DNA of 64,000 nt, taken from contig NC_090394.1 of assembly GCF_036365525.1 (NCBI RefSeq), positions 68,110,741 to 68,174,740 of the forward strand, given 5' to 3'. The stretch's first letter is position 1. Every line of letters begins with the position of its first letter. The DNA comes from Heterodontus francisci (taxonomy: Eukaryota). The translations under genes were made by a program, and so were the position numbers. Of the stretch, positions 49,911 through 63,904 are shown one piece after another. The notes below the pieces were generated by a model. The model was given only the letters and a program-made list of their open reading frames with translations. It ran no database searches and was not told the DNA's origin.

Positions 49911-50636
49911 CCGCTTCTCCCAGCAATGTTGCTCACTGCTGATCTTGAAGGAAGCTACCCACAAAAATCTAGTGATCTCCGTGGCACAGACATTCCCTTT
50001 CCCAATAGCAGTTTAAATCTGGCGCCAAGTCCAGGGGATCTCCAGGCATCCAGTAGCAGTGATGTCATCAAGCAGGGTAAGCAGCCAATCACATTGAAGT
50101 ATTCCCACAAGCAGCAAACCAGGAGATAAAAGCCACTGAATCCCTTTCATTTTTAATTTTCAAATTTTACAGAGAGCAAAATAAATGATTGAGACATACA
50201 TATGGGGTTAGGTTAGAAGCTAAAATATCATAACTTTAAAAATAAATTCAAAATATATGGATTTTTTTATCATAATGGAGAAATTTGACATTCCACAAAT
50301 ATAAAATTATTCTTTCAGGGCTAGTGAGGCTGTTTAGCAGTAATTATGAAGTTAGTACGCTGTTAAAAACCCAGTTACACATCATTCAACAAGGTGTAAC
50401 TTTTTCAAGGGTTTTTATAGCGTGACTAAGAGAATAAAAGTGGAAGTTCTCATCAGTTCAGTGTTTTTTAATTGATTGCAGACTAGGGGGGATCTCGACA
50501 TATGCACTCTCTGGAGCAGCATAGAATCACTTACAGCAGCTTCTGGATTTCTGCATTTAAATGCGTATGTTTCAGAGGAGTAATGATTGTCAATGCTGAC
50601 AGTTTGACCATTACTTCTACTGCAAAATCTGGGCTA
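49911..50636. mobile_element. Probable Harbinger-type non-autonomous DNA element, one end visible
   Basis: Ends in GCAAAATCTGGGC|TA, resembling the GGGC..ATTTT TIR class; left TIR not found. Confidence 0.35.
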
Positions 50637-50776
50637 GTAGTTTTCTTTTCTTAAAATTAAAAGTTTAGTGTAAAGCATGCCACACATTAATGGGGCAGTT
50701 TTCCTGGCCTTTGCCTTCAGGCAATGCTTACTTGCCAGGGACCAAGCTCAGGAAAAAGGGGGTAGAGGACCCATTA

Positions 50777-50951
50777 GGGTCAATTTTGACCTAACCCACA
50801 AGTCAGGAAACTGACGGGATCAGGTGCAACACTGGTCTGAGTTTACTGTCCAACTAAGAAAATAGTGAATAATAATGGCCGCAGGTGTAAATCTAGTGCT
50901 TCACCCATCCTGTCAGTCTCCCGCTAGGTGAGTTAGGTTAAAATTGCACCC
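50777..50951. mobile_element. Hairpin MITE with long imperfect TIRs
   Basis: GGGTCAATTTTGACCTAAC..GAAACTGACGGGAT pairs with ATCCTGTCAGTCTC..GTTAGGTTAAAATTGCACCC. Confidence 0.7.
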
Positions 50952-53900
50952 AATATTAAGTTGGCTCTATGAGGAAGTAGAGATTTTTTTACATTGCCCC
51001 AGGATTTCCCGGGGTTGCTGAAGAGCAGGCCTGCTGTTCCAATGCTAATGAGGTAGGAAAGCGTGTTCTCCATCTCTCGCCGAAATTTCCTGTGCCAAGG
51101 CTTAGGGTGGTTGCAAGAGTGCTCCAAAAAGCCGACAATAGGCATTGCCTCAGATCAGAGGGTCTTCGAGGTCCAGCAGCTAGATGAAAAATATCCAGAA
51201 AGATAGGTCAGATATTTTATTTTAGAGATCTATCGGATCTACAAACCTTGAGGCTTCTGGCCACTGTTGGAGACCAAAACTGCCACAGTACTTTGACTTA
51301 CTAAGGATTTATATCAACTCCCCTCTACATCCCAACTTTTATATTCCACTTTCACTCCCATTCGTTACCTTTTTTAATGGCCTTAACAACTTGAGGTGCT
51401 GCTTTTAATGTCTTATGAACTCAAACCCTTAAATGTCACCCAATGCCTGCTCTTTCACATTATCCAGCCTTTCTTCCTTCAAAGTATTATTACTTTCTTT
51501 AAGCAAAATGTACCACTTCATAGTTACTGACATTGAATTCCGTATGCCATTTTTTCCCATTCTACCATCTTATCAATATCCCCTTGCACTAGTTATAGGT
51601 CCTTGGAATTAATTACTATCTTTTCAATCCCAGTAGTAATTTAAACAATTTAAATTTTGCCCGAGCTTCGTCTTTCTTCCTGGTTCTATAACCTATAACA
51701 CAGAATCATCTTTGTTGTACTATGAATCATAGCACTGCCTTGGGTTGTTTTGTGAGTGCAGTGATTAAAGCATAAGATAATTCTTTTACTTCCATTTGCT
51801 TCTCGATTTGACCATAGATTGAATGCTGTACATATATTATGAATATAGGAACAGGGTAGGCCATTCAGATTTTTGAGTCTGTTCTGCCACTCTGTTTGAT
51901 TATGGCTGATCTGATCCTAACTACATCTACCCACCTTGGCTCCTAGCCCTTCATCCCCTTGGCTAGCAAAATTATTGTCTATGCATGCTGCAATGTCATT
52001 GTGATGGTTGTAGAGGAAGGAAGTAATATATTTGTTGGGATTTCCCACTCCTACTCCACCAACCAGGAGTGGAAAATGGGATGGAGACCAACTCCATGGC
52101 ATCCTTGTCCAGTTCCATGTTCACTGAATTTCCCACCAGAAATGAGAGGTGCCATGCAATTCAGCCACTCCCATATTAACATGACACAATGCCATTATCT
52201 GACATATTTATTTACAGCTGACTCACAGCACAGCAATAGAAGGATATTTCAATTTTTAAAATTCAGAATGCCTGAGAAATGAGACTCAGCATAGGCTGAA
52301 GGGCCAAATTCCAAAACTTTCTTTTCAAGTTTCAAAAGTTTTACGAGCAGTTTGGAGATGGAAAGCTACAAATGTATGACCCCACTCCTTCTAGAGCTCT
52401 GACAGAGGTCAGTCAGCCCATTAAATTACAGTGACTTGCTCAATCAGGCATTTTTTTGTTGTTGTAGTAGACAGAATGGCAATACATTTGGGAGCAAGAT
52501 TCAGATCTTCAGTTATATTGCACGTTACTTTAGCTCATTCAGCCTTAGATTCAATATATTACCCAGCAAACATATCTGAAAGATTGATTTCGGTTTTCCC
52601 CAATGTCCATTATGACTTCTTTGTCCAATATTCTTATTCCCACACAGATAACCCTGTTAGCATCACATTTTTTAATCTTCAGCATACTTCTCTAAAGTAT
52701 CTTTCCTCTTCCTTTGTTAAACCTCACTACCAGATACTGATGGCCATTTTTAGGCTTTAACCAAGCTTCTACTTGGCTTATTATATCCACCATCTATACT
52801 CCAAATCACAACCTTCAAGCGTCATTAAGGTTCCTGATGCCCCTTATTTTAGTATGAAGCACTACTTTGCAGATTTATAATGATCCTTGCTGGCAATATT
52901 TATTGATTTTTACATTGTACTTTCTTTATGGTTCATCTTTTGCAGCATAACTACATAGTCTGCCTCCTATATTTATCACTCCATTTAATTCTTCTTGTTT
53001 CTCAATCTAGTTTAACCATCAGTTTTAGAATAGCTTTCAACATATTAGTTACTCTAGTCATTTAAGCATACTAAATAATTAACTAACGGTGGAAACATGC
53101 ACATCTGTGCCATACCCAAATTAACCAATACACTCTGCCTACTATTGATTCTTTTACTTATATTATGCACTATGTTCTTTAACAAAAAATGTCAGTAAGA
53201 CTTTAAATACTAGAACATTAGTGATTAGAGATTTTATGTGCCAGGGTAACGAACGCTACCCACTGTTAGTCAGACTTGCCCTAGCCCCTTTAATGTTGAC
53301 AATATTTTGCGTTGCAAGTTGCTGGAAATGGCACTGTGCCCTCTAAAGGGCATCTGGAAAACTGCATCTGCCCAAAGACCAACATTGATATTCATGCCAA
53401 CTAACATTGCATGGTCACCAGCAAAATGCACACTAAATGTTCATAAAGATTTCAAAAAGGATCATTTTACAGCTTACTACAAATGCCGAGCATTAATCAC
53501 CCTGGTGTGAGCCCCTAGCACCAGCATTCTGGACACCCATTGCCCACCAGTTTGTTACACATGAAAATAAACCCCATTGTGTGTGGACAGGATTTGTTTT
53601 TTGGGTTGAAGGACTATACCAACTAACTGACAAGTGTACGTAAAATCCTTTGATAATGAATACCAAAGTAGTTCCTCTCATCTTCCACCTTCCATAAGGT
53701 ATCTTTGGTTCCTTAGTATGAACAACATGTACATTGATAAATTGTTCATCTGCTCACACGGACTGCTGGATGAAACTTCCAGAAGGAAAGGAATCCTGAG
53801 TGTTTTCCAATGCAAACAAACACTAGGCTAGGACTACATTTCTTAATGTGTGAGAAAGGATAGTTACAAGTACAGGAGGGCCAAAAACCTGTGCTTTTTA

Positions 53901-54169
53901 ATGTAATGACATTTTAGGTCCAGTTAAAAGTATTTGAGATTACCACATTCATGCTGACCAATTATCTTTGGGAATGATGAAACTGCGGGTAGAAAGTGCA
54001 ATACCATATATGGAAGAAAATAGGAAATAAAATTAGAAATGCTGAAAATACACAGCAGCTTGGTCAAACTCTATACAGAGAAAAGGTAAATTAATGTTTT
54101 AGGTATATACCCTTCTGAGAATTATGTAAACTTAATGTTTGTTGAAGGCACCAACAAGGAATAGTTGAA

Positions 54170-54325
54170 ACAAATAGTATTTAAGAGGACGCTTGAAAAA
54201 CACATGAGGGAGAAAGGAATAGAAGGTTATGCTGATTGGGAGTGTTGAAAAGGGATGGGAGGAGGCTGGTGTGGAGCATAAACACCAACTGAATGGGCTG
54301 TTTCTATACTGTACATTCCATGTAA
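54170..54325 (+). mobile_element. CR1 3' end
   Basis: FKRTLEKHMREK followed by the CR1 3'UTR. Confidence 0.7.
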
Positions 54326-54354
54326 TACAGTAAACTGGACTAAAGAAAAAAAAA

Positions 54355-54457
54355 GACTTGCATTTCTATAGAACCTTTCATGACCTCAGGATATCCCAAA
54401 ACGCTTAACAGCTAATGAAATACTTTTGAAATGTAGTCACTGTTATAATGTAGGAAC
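54355..54457 (-). mobile_element. DeuSINE 3' tail fragment
   Basis: Matches 12168-12257. Confidence 0.65.
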
Positions 54458-55562
54458 TACTAAAATGAGTGGATTAGTACTCTACTTGAATTATCTCAGA
54501 AAGTTTGTAGTCACTGCAATTTTCACTCCAGTGCAGGCACAAAGGGCTGAATGGCTTCCTTCTGTGTTATGATTCAACAATCATATGTGATTGAATTTGA
54601 TTGAATTTAGTAAGTTTCAGACAGTGGATTACTTCAGTGATATATGCATTCACTTTCCATCCTCTCCCTCTGGATGTTTCTGCACATCAGAGAGGTTGTT
54701 TCATCTACCTGTGAACTTCCAATCAGTCTGCACCATCATCAAAAACCTAAAGCTGGATGAATTTTAAAATCATATTATATTCATTAGCTATGTATGCGCG
54801 AATTTCTTTGATCACTGACGATTTTCCATTATTCAGTGTTTTCCTTTCTTCTTCAAGGTTGTACTAGCTTCATTACATTAGAGCAAGTTGGAGCAATACC
54901 TTGGATTTTTTTCAGTTATTGCAAATTTAAAATCCATTTAATATCATAGAGAAAAGAACTTGTAAAAGATGCTAACATAGGCATCAGAAAACACTTGTTT
55001 GAAGATTTTCCCGGCAAATCAACAAGGAGGAAATGACATTGGACTTCATACTATGTAATAACCAACAAGGCTGGAGCAGATTACTGCAACAGAACACCCT
55101 TGTAAACAGCTTCCACAATATGGTGTTTCATGCCAGACTTGTGCTGGAGAAGGAAAGCATTGCTGTACAAACTCAATTTTCAAAAAGCAGCTTTGGAGCA
55201 ATGAGGTGTAATCTGAAGGTGATAGATTGGAGCAGATATTTAGAAGGGAGTGGTGTAAAGGAGAAGTTACAATAAAAAAATAACCATACACCACTCAGAA
55301 AGAAGTGCAGTAGAGTAAAAAGGAGACTGTTGAAAAGGGAAGTACTTCAGGGGGTTAAGACAAAACACTTTCCTTAAGTATAAAACCACATGTCAACCAG
55401 AGAACAGAAATTAGTACAATAAAATTAGGAAAGTGATGAAACTGACATGAAAATCAAAACACACAAGATCAGGATTAATATAACGGCTTTTAGACATATA
55501 TTTGTAACAAGCAGACAGTTAGGGAAACAGTGCTGCACAAATTGGGAATATTATATCAAAAG

Positions 55563-56320
55563 AGGCAGTTTTAACCCTAACTGCCCTTTAATCCAAAACC
55601 CTAAAACCAGGCAGGCAGGGTGTTAAAAATCAGGTAGAAGACTTACTCTCTGTAACGTCCCTCTCTGTTCTCACTGCCATCTATTTTAACCTGCTTTTCT
55701 GAGCAGGTGGCAATGACACCCACCTGAAACCAATGGGGTCTTCTTTAAATACGCAGACAGAGGTGTGATGTAGCCTGACGCTATTTTAACAGCAGGGAAG
55801 GGGTTGTGATTTCCCTTTACTTGCCTGGTGGGATCAGGTTGGCATCAGAAGACACTTGTTTGAAGATTATCCCAGCAAATCTACAAGGAGGAAATGACAT
55901 TGGACTTCATACTATGCAATAACCAACAAAGCTAGAGCAGATTACTGCAACAGAACACCCTTGTAAACAGTTTCTACAATATGGTGTTTCATGCCAGGAA
56001 CAAGAGTGCTTCTCCAAGTCCCAAAAGGAAAGTTCAGGCTTCCTCTGCCAAAGGCTCCAACCTTCCCAATTGTGAGACTCTCCCGAAGCCCTCGCCCCAT
56101 CACTTACATGAGTGACAGCGACCATTTGTTCAGTCCCAGCTAGTGGTCTCCTGCTGCCTAAAATTACGCTTCTGCCCACTGACCAGCTGCCAATTCCTGC
56201 TGGTTTCAGGTGGGAAACAAATGAGGCCCAGTAGTTAAAATTGCCTGTGCCCTGTGCTACTGAGGTCACAGAGTTCAGTATTTATCTGCCCAATTGCTGC
56301 TCCAACTTGAAATTGGGGTT
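55563..56320. mobile_element. Harbinger-type MITE containing a copy of flanking DNA
   Basis: AGGCAGTTTTAAC (55563) is inverted relative to GTTAAAATTGCCT (56234-56246); interrupts the old CR1; right boundary uncertain. Confidence 0.55.
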
Positions 56321-56737
56321 CAAATGATCAGGGAATGGAAATTACTCTAAATTAACTCTTTTTTGTATCCGTCTTCATGAAGAAGGTCACATACAGCCTT
56401 CCTACTGTTGGGGATGAATATCTAGGACAAGATGTTAAGATTCTAAGAAAATAGACGTAACCAATAAAGAGGTGGTGGGCAGATGTAAGACATTAAATAA
56501 TGTCAGAACAATGGGTCCTAGGGTATCAAAGAAATAGCTAATTCAACAAGTAATAGTGAGTATCATTGCTAATCATTGGATCCTCTGTCTGAGGATTGGA
56601 GAAAAGAAAACATGATCCTTTCCTGTAATGAGTTAACAGAGGAACCATAGGCCAATCAGCCATCCATTTATTGGGGAAATGTTGGATGGAACAAATGATG
56701 AGCCATTGGAAGACTACGGGCTTATTAAAAAGAAGAC

Positions 56738-57895
56738 TTCAGTAAAGCCTTTGACAAGGTCCCTCATGGCAGACTGATACAAAAGGTGAAGTCACATGGG
56801 ATCAGAGGGGAGCTGGCAAGATGGATACAGAACTGGCTCGGTCATAGAAGACAGAGGGTAGCAGTGGAAGGGTGCTTTTCTGAATGGAGGGATGTGACTA
56901 GTGGTGTTCCGCAGGGATCAGTGCTGGGACCTTTGCTGTTTGTAGTATATATAAATGATTTGGAGGAAAATGTAGCTGGTCTGATTCGTAAGTTTGCGGA
57001 CGACACAAAGGTTGGTAGAGTTGCGGACAGTGATGAGGATTGTCAGAGGATACAGCAGGATATAGATCGGTTGGAGACTTGGACGGAGAAATGGCAGATG
57101 GAGTTTAATCCGGACAAATGTGAGGTAATGCATTTTGGAAGGTCTAATGCAGGTGGGAAGTATACAGTAAATGCAGAACCCTTAGGAGTATTGACAGGCA
57201 GAGAGATCTGGGCGTACAGGTCCACAGGTCACTGAAAGCGGCAACGCAGGTGAATAAGGTAGTCAAGAAGGCATACGGCATGCTTGCCTTCATCGGTCGG
57301 GTCATAGAGTATAAAAATAGGCAAGTCATGCTGCAGCTGTACAGAACTTTAGTTAGGCCACACTTAGAATATTGCATGCAATTCTGGTCGCCACACTACC
57401 AGAAGGATGTGGAGGCTTTGGAGAGGGTACAGAAGAGGTTTACCAGGATGTTGCCTGGTCTGGAGGGCATTAGTTATGAGGAGAGGTTGGATAAACTCTG
57501 ATTGTTTTCACTGGAACGACGGAGGTGGAAGGGCGACATGATAGAGGTTTACAAAGTTATAAGCGGCATGGACAGAGTGGATAGTCAGAAGCTTTTTCCC
57601 AGGGTGGAAGAGTCAGTTACTAGGGGACATAGGTTTAAGGTGAGAGGGGCAAAGTTTAGAGGGGATGTGCGAGGGAAGTTCTTTACACAGAGGGTGGTGA
57701 GTGCCTGGAACTTGGTGCCGGGGGAGGTGGTGGAAGCAGGTACCATAGAGACGTTTAAGAGGTATCTTGACAAATACATGAATAGGATGGGAATAGAGGG
57801 ATAGTGCAGAAGGTTTTAGTTTAGGCAGGCATCAAGATCGGCGCAGGCTTGGAGGGCCGAATGGCCTGTTCCTGTGCTGTACTGTTCTTTGTTCT
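56738..57895 (+). mobile_element. Young 5'-truncated CR1 LINE
   Basis: DFSKAFDKV, SGVPQGS, YINDL, KFADD; GTTCTTTGTTCT tail; 5-bp TSD AAGAC (56733-56737, 57896-57900). Confidence 0.92.
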
Positions 57896-59974
57896 AAGAC
57901 CAGCATGGTTTTATAGGAATAAGATCATGCTGACGCACCTCTTGGTGTCCTTTAAGGAGATAACAAATCCTGTTGACAACCGGAACTCAGTAAATGTTTG
58001 TTTAGATTTCATGGGTGAAGTACTTCAAAAATGGATTGAAATTTGGTTGAAGCTGAGAAGCACTGAGTAGTTGTATGTAGAATTGGATCGCAAGGAAGAG
58101 GATAACTAATGCAATGCCTCAGAGATTGGGGCCATTGATATTTTCAATGTATAATGATGACTTAAAGTGGAGACAGAAATAAACCTGTCTAGGTTTGCAA
58201 ATGATACCAAACTGGGAGAGACGACAAAAAAAGAGGGAACAGGTTAATCAAATACAAAAAGGCCAGGATAGATTGGGGATCTGGGGTGATAAGCGGTCGA
58301 TGTAATTTAATGTGGTTAGATGAAAATGTGTGAGATTAGGAAAGGATAATAAGCAGTGGAAATATAAACTAAATGGCATTATTCTGCAAGACATGACACA
58401 GAAAAGCAATTTGTGGATAGCAGTGAACGGACCACTGAAGCCAACAGCATAAGTGTATGGCAACACTGAAAACAGTATATAGGATTTTGGGGATTCATAG
58501 CCAGAAGAATAGAGCACAAATCTCAAAAAATAATTCTGAACTTATAGAGAGCACTGGTCCAGCTCTGCCTTGAGCCCACTGTTAACTTTTGCTCATTGTA
58601 TTACGACAAAGGCTTCCACGTATTGGACAGGTTGCAGTGAAGGCGAACAAAATTAATAGCTGGGATTAGGTGTCTGAGTTATGAGGAGAGGCTAAGAATG
58701 TTTACACTGAAGAGAAGTGTCCCGGCGATCTGACTGAAGTATTCAACATCCTGTAAGGTATAAACAAGATAGATGTCAATATTTTTAACATTGTCCAAAA
58801 TTCACTAACAATAGTTTCAAAATTTAAAAGGAACAGAGCGAAAAGACAATTTAGACTGAAGCATTTTCCACAGAAGGTGGCAAATGTATGGAATGGACTG
58901 TCAAATGAGGCACTGAGGGACTTATTTTATCAGGAAATTAAAGAGCGTTGAATACATTTCTGGAGAAAGATTTAACAGATATGAGGGTTGCTGAACATTA
59001 GGAGAACCTAGATGGACTGCAATGGTCTTTCCTGGATCTGTAAGTTCCTTTTGTAAATTAACAGAATACACCCTTGGATACAAATCAAACATAATATTGG
59101 AGGCATTTGGGCATTTTTTTTCTCTGGGGCTTGCTTTCAGACAATGTAAGAGCACAGTTCAGACTGTAGTATGAAGAAACTCAAAGAACCCAGAAAATGT
59201 CATTTCAATACCTCAGGAGTAAGAGGCTTGTGAAATGTTTCTCCACAGACCTATTGAAGAACAAACTTGGAGTATAAAGAACTCCACAGCAACAAATGAT
59301 AATAGAAAACTTGAAGACTGAGAAAAGAGAACAGAAAGATATGTTGAAAGGTTGAGATGGAGTGGGAGAAGACTGATGTACAGATTAAATACCAACCAGC
59401 ACAGACTGCTTGGGTTGAATGGCCTTTTTCTAGGCTTTATGTTCTATGCAATTTTGTAATATTCTACATAAACGTACACCCTCAAGCTTACTATTTAAAC
59501 TAATGTACTGAAACTCTAATGAGGGAGCTCTGGTAGCAACCTTTCTCCAATACAGTGCTAGATTCAGCGCAGAAATCCCTAGAATGACTGAAGAATGCAC
59601 AATCGAGATGTGCAAATACAGTCCTTAAAATGCAGTCAATCTTACTTCCTGCATCCATTTGGAAGAAGACCCCCTCTCTCCTCTCGCCCCCACACCCCTA
59701 ACTTGGATGTAATTCTAGTCACTATTGGTAAATTTGTCTTAAATTTAGCACTTCATTGCATCAAAAATGCATTCCAAGGTATCACAAAAGATGCACACCA
59801 ACTAGCAAAAACATTTCCGTCCATATGATAAAGAAAGGTATATTTATACAGCATAATTGTGAAGATCTTTTAAAGCAATTTTAGGTTTTCCTAAGGCATT
59901 TTAGATTGGGCAAATATCATAAGCGATAAAATTATCCTGAGTCATCTCTGTGGAGGGGGGAGGGGGTGTGGTTG

Positions 59975-60875
59975 GGGGGATAATCAATACTGAGGACTGC
60001 AACAAATTACATGAGGACATTAGTAAACTTGCAGATTGACAAATAATTGGCAAATGAAGTTCAACACAGATAAATGTGAGGTAATACATTTTGGTAGCAA
60101 GTATAGGGAAGTCACTTATTACTTGGAAGGTGCGAGTCTAGGTGGGGTAGAGGAATAAAAGGAGGAGTAAAAGGATCTCAGAGTACAAATGCACCAAACA
60201 CTAGAAGTTCAGTCTTAGGTTAACAATGCCATTAAAAGAAGCAAACCAAGCACTAGAGGGATAGAATTGAAAAGTAGAGAAGTAGAGCTAAACCTGTATA
60301 GTACTTTGGATAGACCACACTAGGGTACTGCACGTAGTTCTGGTTTCCATATTATAAAAAGTGTACAGAGGCCCTGGAGAGGGTGCAGAGAAAATTTACA
60401 AGGATGATACCAGAAATGTATGAGTATACATATCAGGAAAGGATTAACAGGTTGAGTCGCTTTTCTCTTGAAAAGAGAAGGCTGAGGGATGACCTAATAG
60501 AGGTCTTTAAAATTATGAAAGGTTTTGATAGAGTGGATACCAAGAGAATGTTTCCACTTGCGAAGAAGAGCATAACTAGAGGCCTTCGGTACAAGATAGC
60601 CACCAAGAAATCCAATAGGGAATTCAGAAGAAACTTCTTTACCCAAAGAGTGGTGAGAATGTGGAACTCACTACTACAGGGAGTGGTTGAAGCAAATAGT
60701 ACAGATGTATTTAAGGGAAGCTAGACAAGCATATAAGGAAGAGGAGAATAGAGGATTATGATGATAGATTTAGATGAGGAGGGATGGGAGGAGGCTCCAG
60801 TGGAATATAAGAGCCAGTCTCCATTGATTGGGCCAAGTGGCTTGTTTCTGTGTGGTATATCCTATGTATGTAATT
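59975..60875 (+). mobile_element. CR1 LINE 3' fragment
   Basis: ORF 60383-60724 (FSLEKRRLRDDLIEVFKIM..WNSL) plus 3'UTR. Confidence 0.85.
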
Positions 60876-61948
60876 CAGTGCTATCCAACCACCTCATTGT
60901 AAGTACCAATTCTGAGAAGTATAATGTTGATGGGGTTAAATTAACGTAGCACATCAGTTGTAAACATGTGTTTTCCTCAGTGCAGCATCACGTTACATAT
61001 CCCACAAAGGGGAGTCACATTGTGCCAAACAGGTAATAACAAGTAAATGCAATATCACGGTGAGCAATGTGACTCCGGTAATTGATTTTCGTTTCCATTC
61101 CACACCCCAACTTGGGTTAATAAATTAGACCGACGCCATTGGTGCGTTTTGAGAGCGTTCGTGTTTATTGATAGAACGAGCTCATTAGAGAGTGCCAGCG
61201 TTTCCAATCCTCAACTGTTTTCGATAGAACCGGTGAGAAATGTAAACACCCGAGGAATACCAACCTTAAATAACAGAATATTTATCCCTCTAAAAATGCG
61301 ATTGGTGGCGAGTTTTAAAAGGGTTCTGCTTTATCTCATTTCAAGGAGGCGAGTTAAAAGAGTCATGTTTTATTATAATGACTTTATATCAGGGAGTTGA
61401 TAAAAACTGAAATAAAATTTTGAATGAAATGGGCATAAAGTTTATTTCAATGCAAATACATACAGACGTCATGAATTAATTCTCCCAAGAAATCTCTGCA
61501 AGTCTAAAGGTTCAAAGCTGACAGCATTAAAACATTCAATTTCAGTTGTGGAATAATACACCTTCGAAACTTTCATTTTCCATAAAAGTGTCCGCGAATA
61601 CGCTATGAATTGCTGTACCAAGGCTATTTATATGAAATCCTTCCTTAACAGCAGTTCGGTGGTTGCGATGTTGCATACCTTGGTGTACAAAATGTTATTT
61701 ATACAGGACTCGTGTCATAACCTGTAGGGCAAATTCTGCTTAAAAGTCGGCTAATCCCGCTGGCATTGAAAACGTTTCTGAGGCAGTAACACGTGAACAT
61801 TTTTCACTTGAGCGTTAAATTATTTACAGTTTTATCTCAAAGATAGGAATGCTGAAAATCTCCACTTTCTCTGAATCCTGAACGTTTTCACAGAATTCGC
61901 ACTGCCAATTTATATAATGTTAAATACTAGGAAGTATCATTATGATTC

Positions 61949-62865
61949 TGTGCATTTGTTATACTAATGGTCTTTAATACTTTATATTTTTAGGTTAATT
62001 ACAAAATGGACAAAGTACTATGTAATATACTGCTGCTATTACGCAAAGTCAAATAAATGCTAAATGTGTCTTCCTTCTCTGTGGTTTTAAGCTGAGATAT
62101 GTATATTTCTGATGTGTTGGATCTGTATTATCTTAGTTGTAAAATGTACCACTTCTTATAGGGCACTATTTCATGTTTATCTTTATGGTTTATTGAGATT
62201 ACCGACATAGTATTTTACTACACTGACAACATAGTCAAAATATCAAAGTTTTTTTATCCATTGAATAAAATCTGTTTTGTATGTTTCCTTATAACCAGCT
62301 AAATAAGGGGAAATCTAATCTAAGTATGGCCTTAAGAGTGTGGCAGTCTGATGAATACTGATTCTGGATCCAACGAGTCAGGAAACAGCAGCATTAATAT
62401 TCCTAGATATATTCCTTACATATTGATGGTTATTTTCCAATGTTAATCTAAAATTAACATCCTGATTACTTTCTCAGGAGAATGTAAGACAGATGATTGT
62501 GAGTTGCATGAGACAATCCACAAATCCCGAATTCGTATACTGCAAGCCAGGAATTCAAACATTTAGGCCATCAACATGCTAATGAACGAAGAACTTGTAT
62601 TCACATAGTGCCTATCACGATCTCAAGACGTGCAACTAAGTACCTGTAAAGTGTGCATTTGTTGTACTAATGGTCTTTAATACTTTCTATTTTGTGGTAT
62701 TAAACCACCTAGGTTAATTACAAAATGGACTGAAAGTACTATACTGCTGCTATTAGGCAAAGTCAAATAAATGCTAAACTGTCTTCATTCTCTGTGGTCT
62801 TATGCTGAGATATACATATCTCTGATGTGTTGTATCGATTATTGTAGTTGTAAAATGTACCACTT
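61949..62865 (+). repeat. Dispersed direct repeat of ~205-215 bp (61949-62154 and 62652-62865)
   Basis: The two copies align end to end with substitutions and small indels. Confidence 0.9.
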
Positions 62866-63495
62866 ACAATGTAGGAAACTCTCAGCCAGTTGGTACAGAG
62901 CAAGCTCCCACAAACAGCAATGAGATAATGACCAGATAATCTGCTTTAGTGATGCCAGTAGAGGTCCATTCCAAGGTCAAATACTACATGCTGAGGGATG
63001 CAGTAAGGCTTGGGGCAGACGCTGCAAAGGCTCAGTGGGGAAAGGTCACTGTGTAAGGCCCTCCTGCCATCGTATATGGACGGGCTGGAACCTGTGTAAA
63101 ACCCCTTGGGCTGTATGCACCAAAATATGGTTTTGCTGTGAATTGCAAATGTAAAATTGAATGGAAGGGTTGTGAGGAAACTCACGTTCTGTATCTAAGA
63201 AAATTGATTTCTGTTGCACTTTCTAGAATGTCAAATTGGAACTGTTTTGTAATGTATTTTTTTTTTAGATATTTTATGAATAAAGTATTTTTTTTTGCGG
63301 GGGGGGGGGGGGTGGTAAGGATATCGATTGAGAGAGAAATATTGGCCAGGACACTAGAGAGATCTCCGGTATCCTTCCAGAAATAGTGACTTGGGATCGT
63401 TTACATTCACCTGAGAGATTGAATGCGTCACCAAGGGCTCTGGTTCCTAGATTGGGATTTAAACCCAGGACATGAGAATTCAGAGGCGAGAGGAA
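62590..63495 (-). mobile_element. DeuSINE interrupted twice (templated copy and Tx1 fragment)
   Basis: Pieces 62590-62652, 62866-62957 and ~63325-63495 are collinear with 12168-12580. Confidence 0.7.
62960..63296 (+). mobile_element. Tx1/L1-clade LINE 3' end
   Basis: HSKVKYYMLRDAVRLGADAAKAQWGKVTV* C-terminus, then T-rich UTR with AATAAA. Confidence 0.65.
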
Positions 63496-63904
63496 CAAGG
63501 CTGTTTACTTCAAGCTATTTACAAGCATTTGTTGTTGATTGCATATAGAGTTTTAAATTCATCAAAACAACTTTTAACTACAGCATTACTCTGCGTGATG
63601 TACATCGATGGGAACAAAAGTTAACCGCCACGAAGCCAGAAGAGGAGGAAAGGTGACAAAGGGTCTGCTGGTATAGTCAACTTGTCTGGTATTAGAGTGA
63701 GAGAATTTTGTTCCTGGCCGGAGATTATCAGATTGCACAATAAACTATTCCCTCAGGGCATAGTGTAAAAAGCCTACTCGAAGTAAACCTCAGAAAAATT
63801 ATAGTAAGGATATTCCGCTCGTACGCCACCTAGCCCGCGGAGTCTTACAGCGCACCAGTCTCTAAATGCATCTGAAATGAGGGAATCCTGCAATATATAC
63901 ACAA

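Larger units (their letters stand above)
54900..59080 (+). mobile_element. Ancient, highly decayed CR1 ORF2 hosting a MITE and a young CR1
   Basis: Remnant motifs in order: TLDFILCN..NSFHN (APE end), EDWRK, NHRPIS, QHGF..RSC, RFANDTKLG, FPQKVANVWNGL. Confidence 0.7.
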
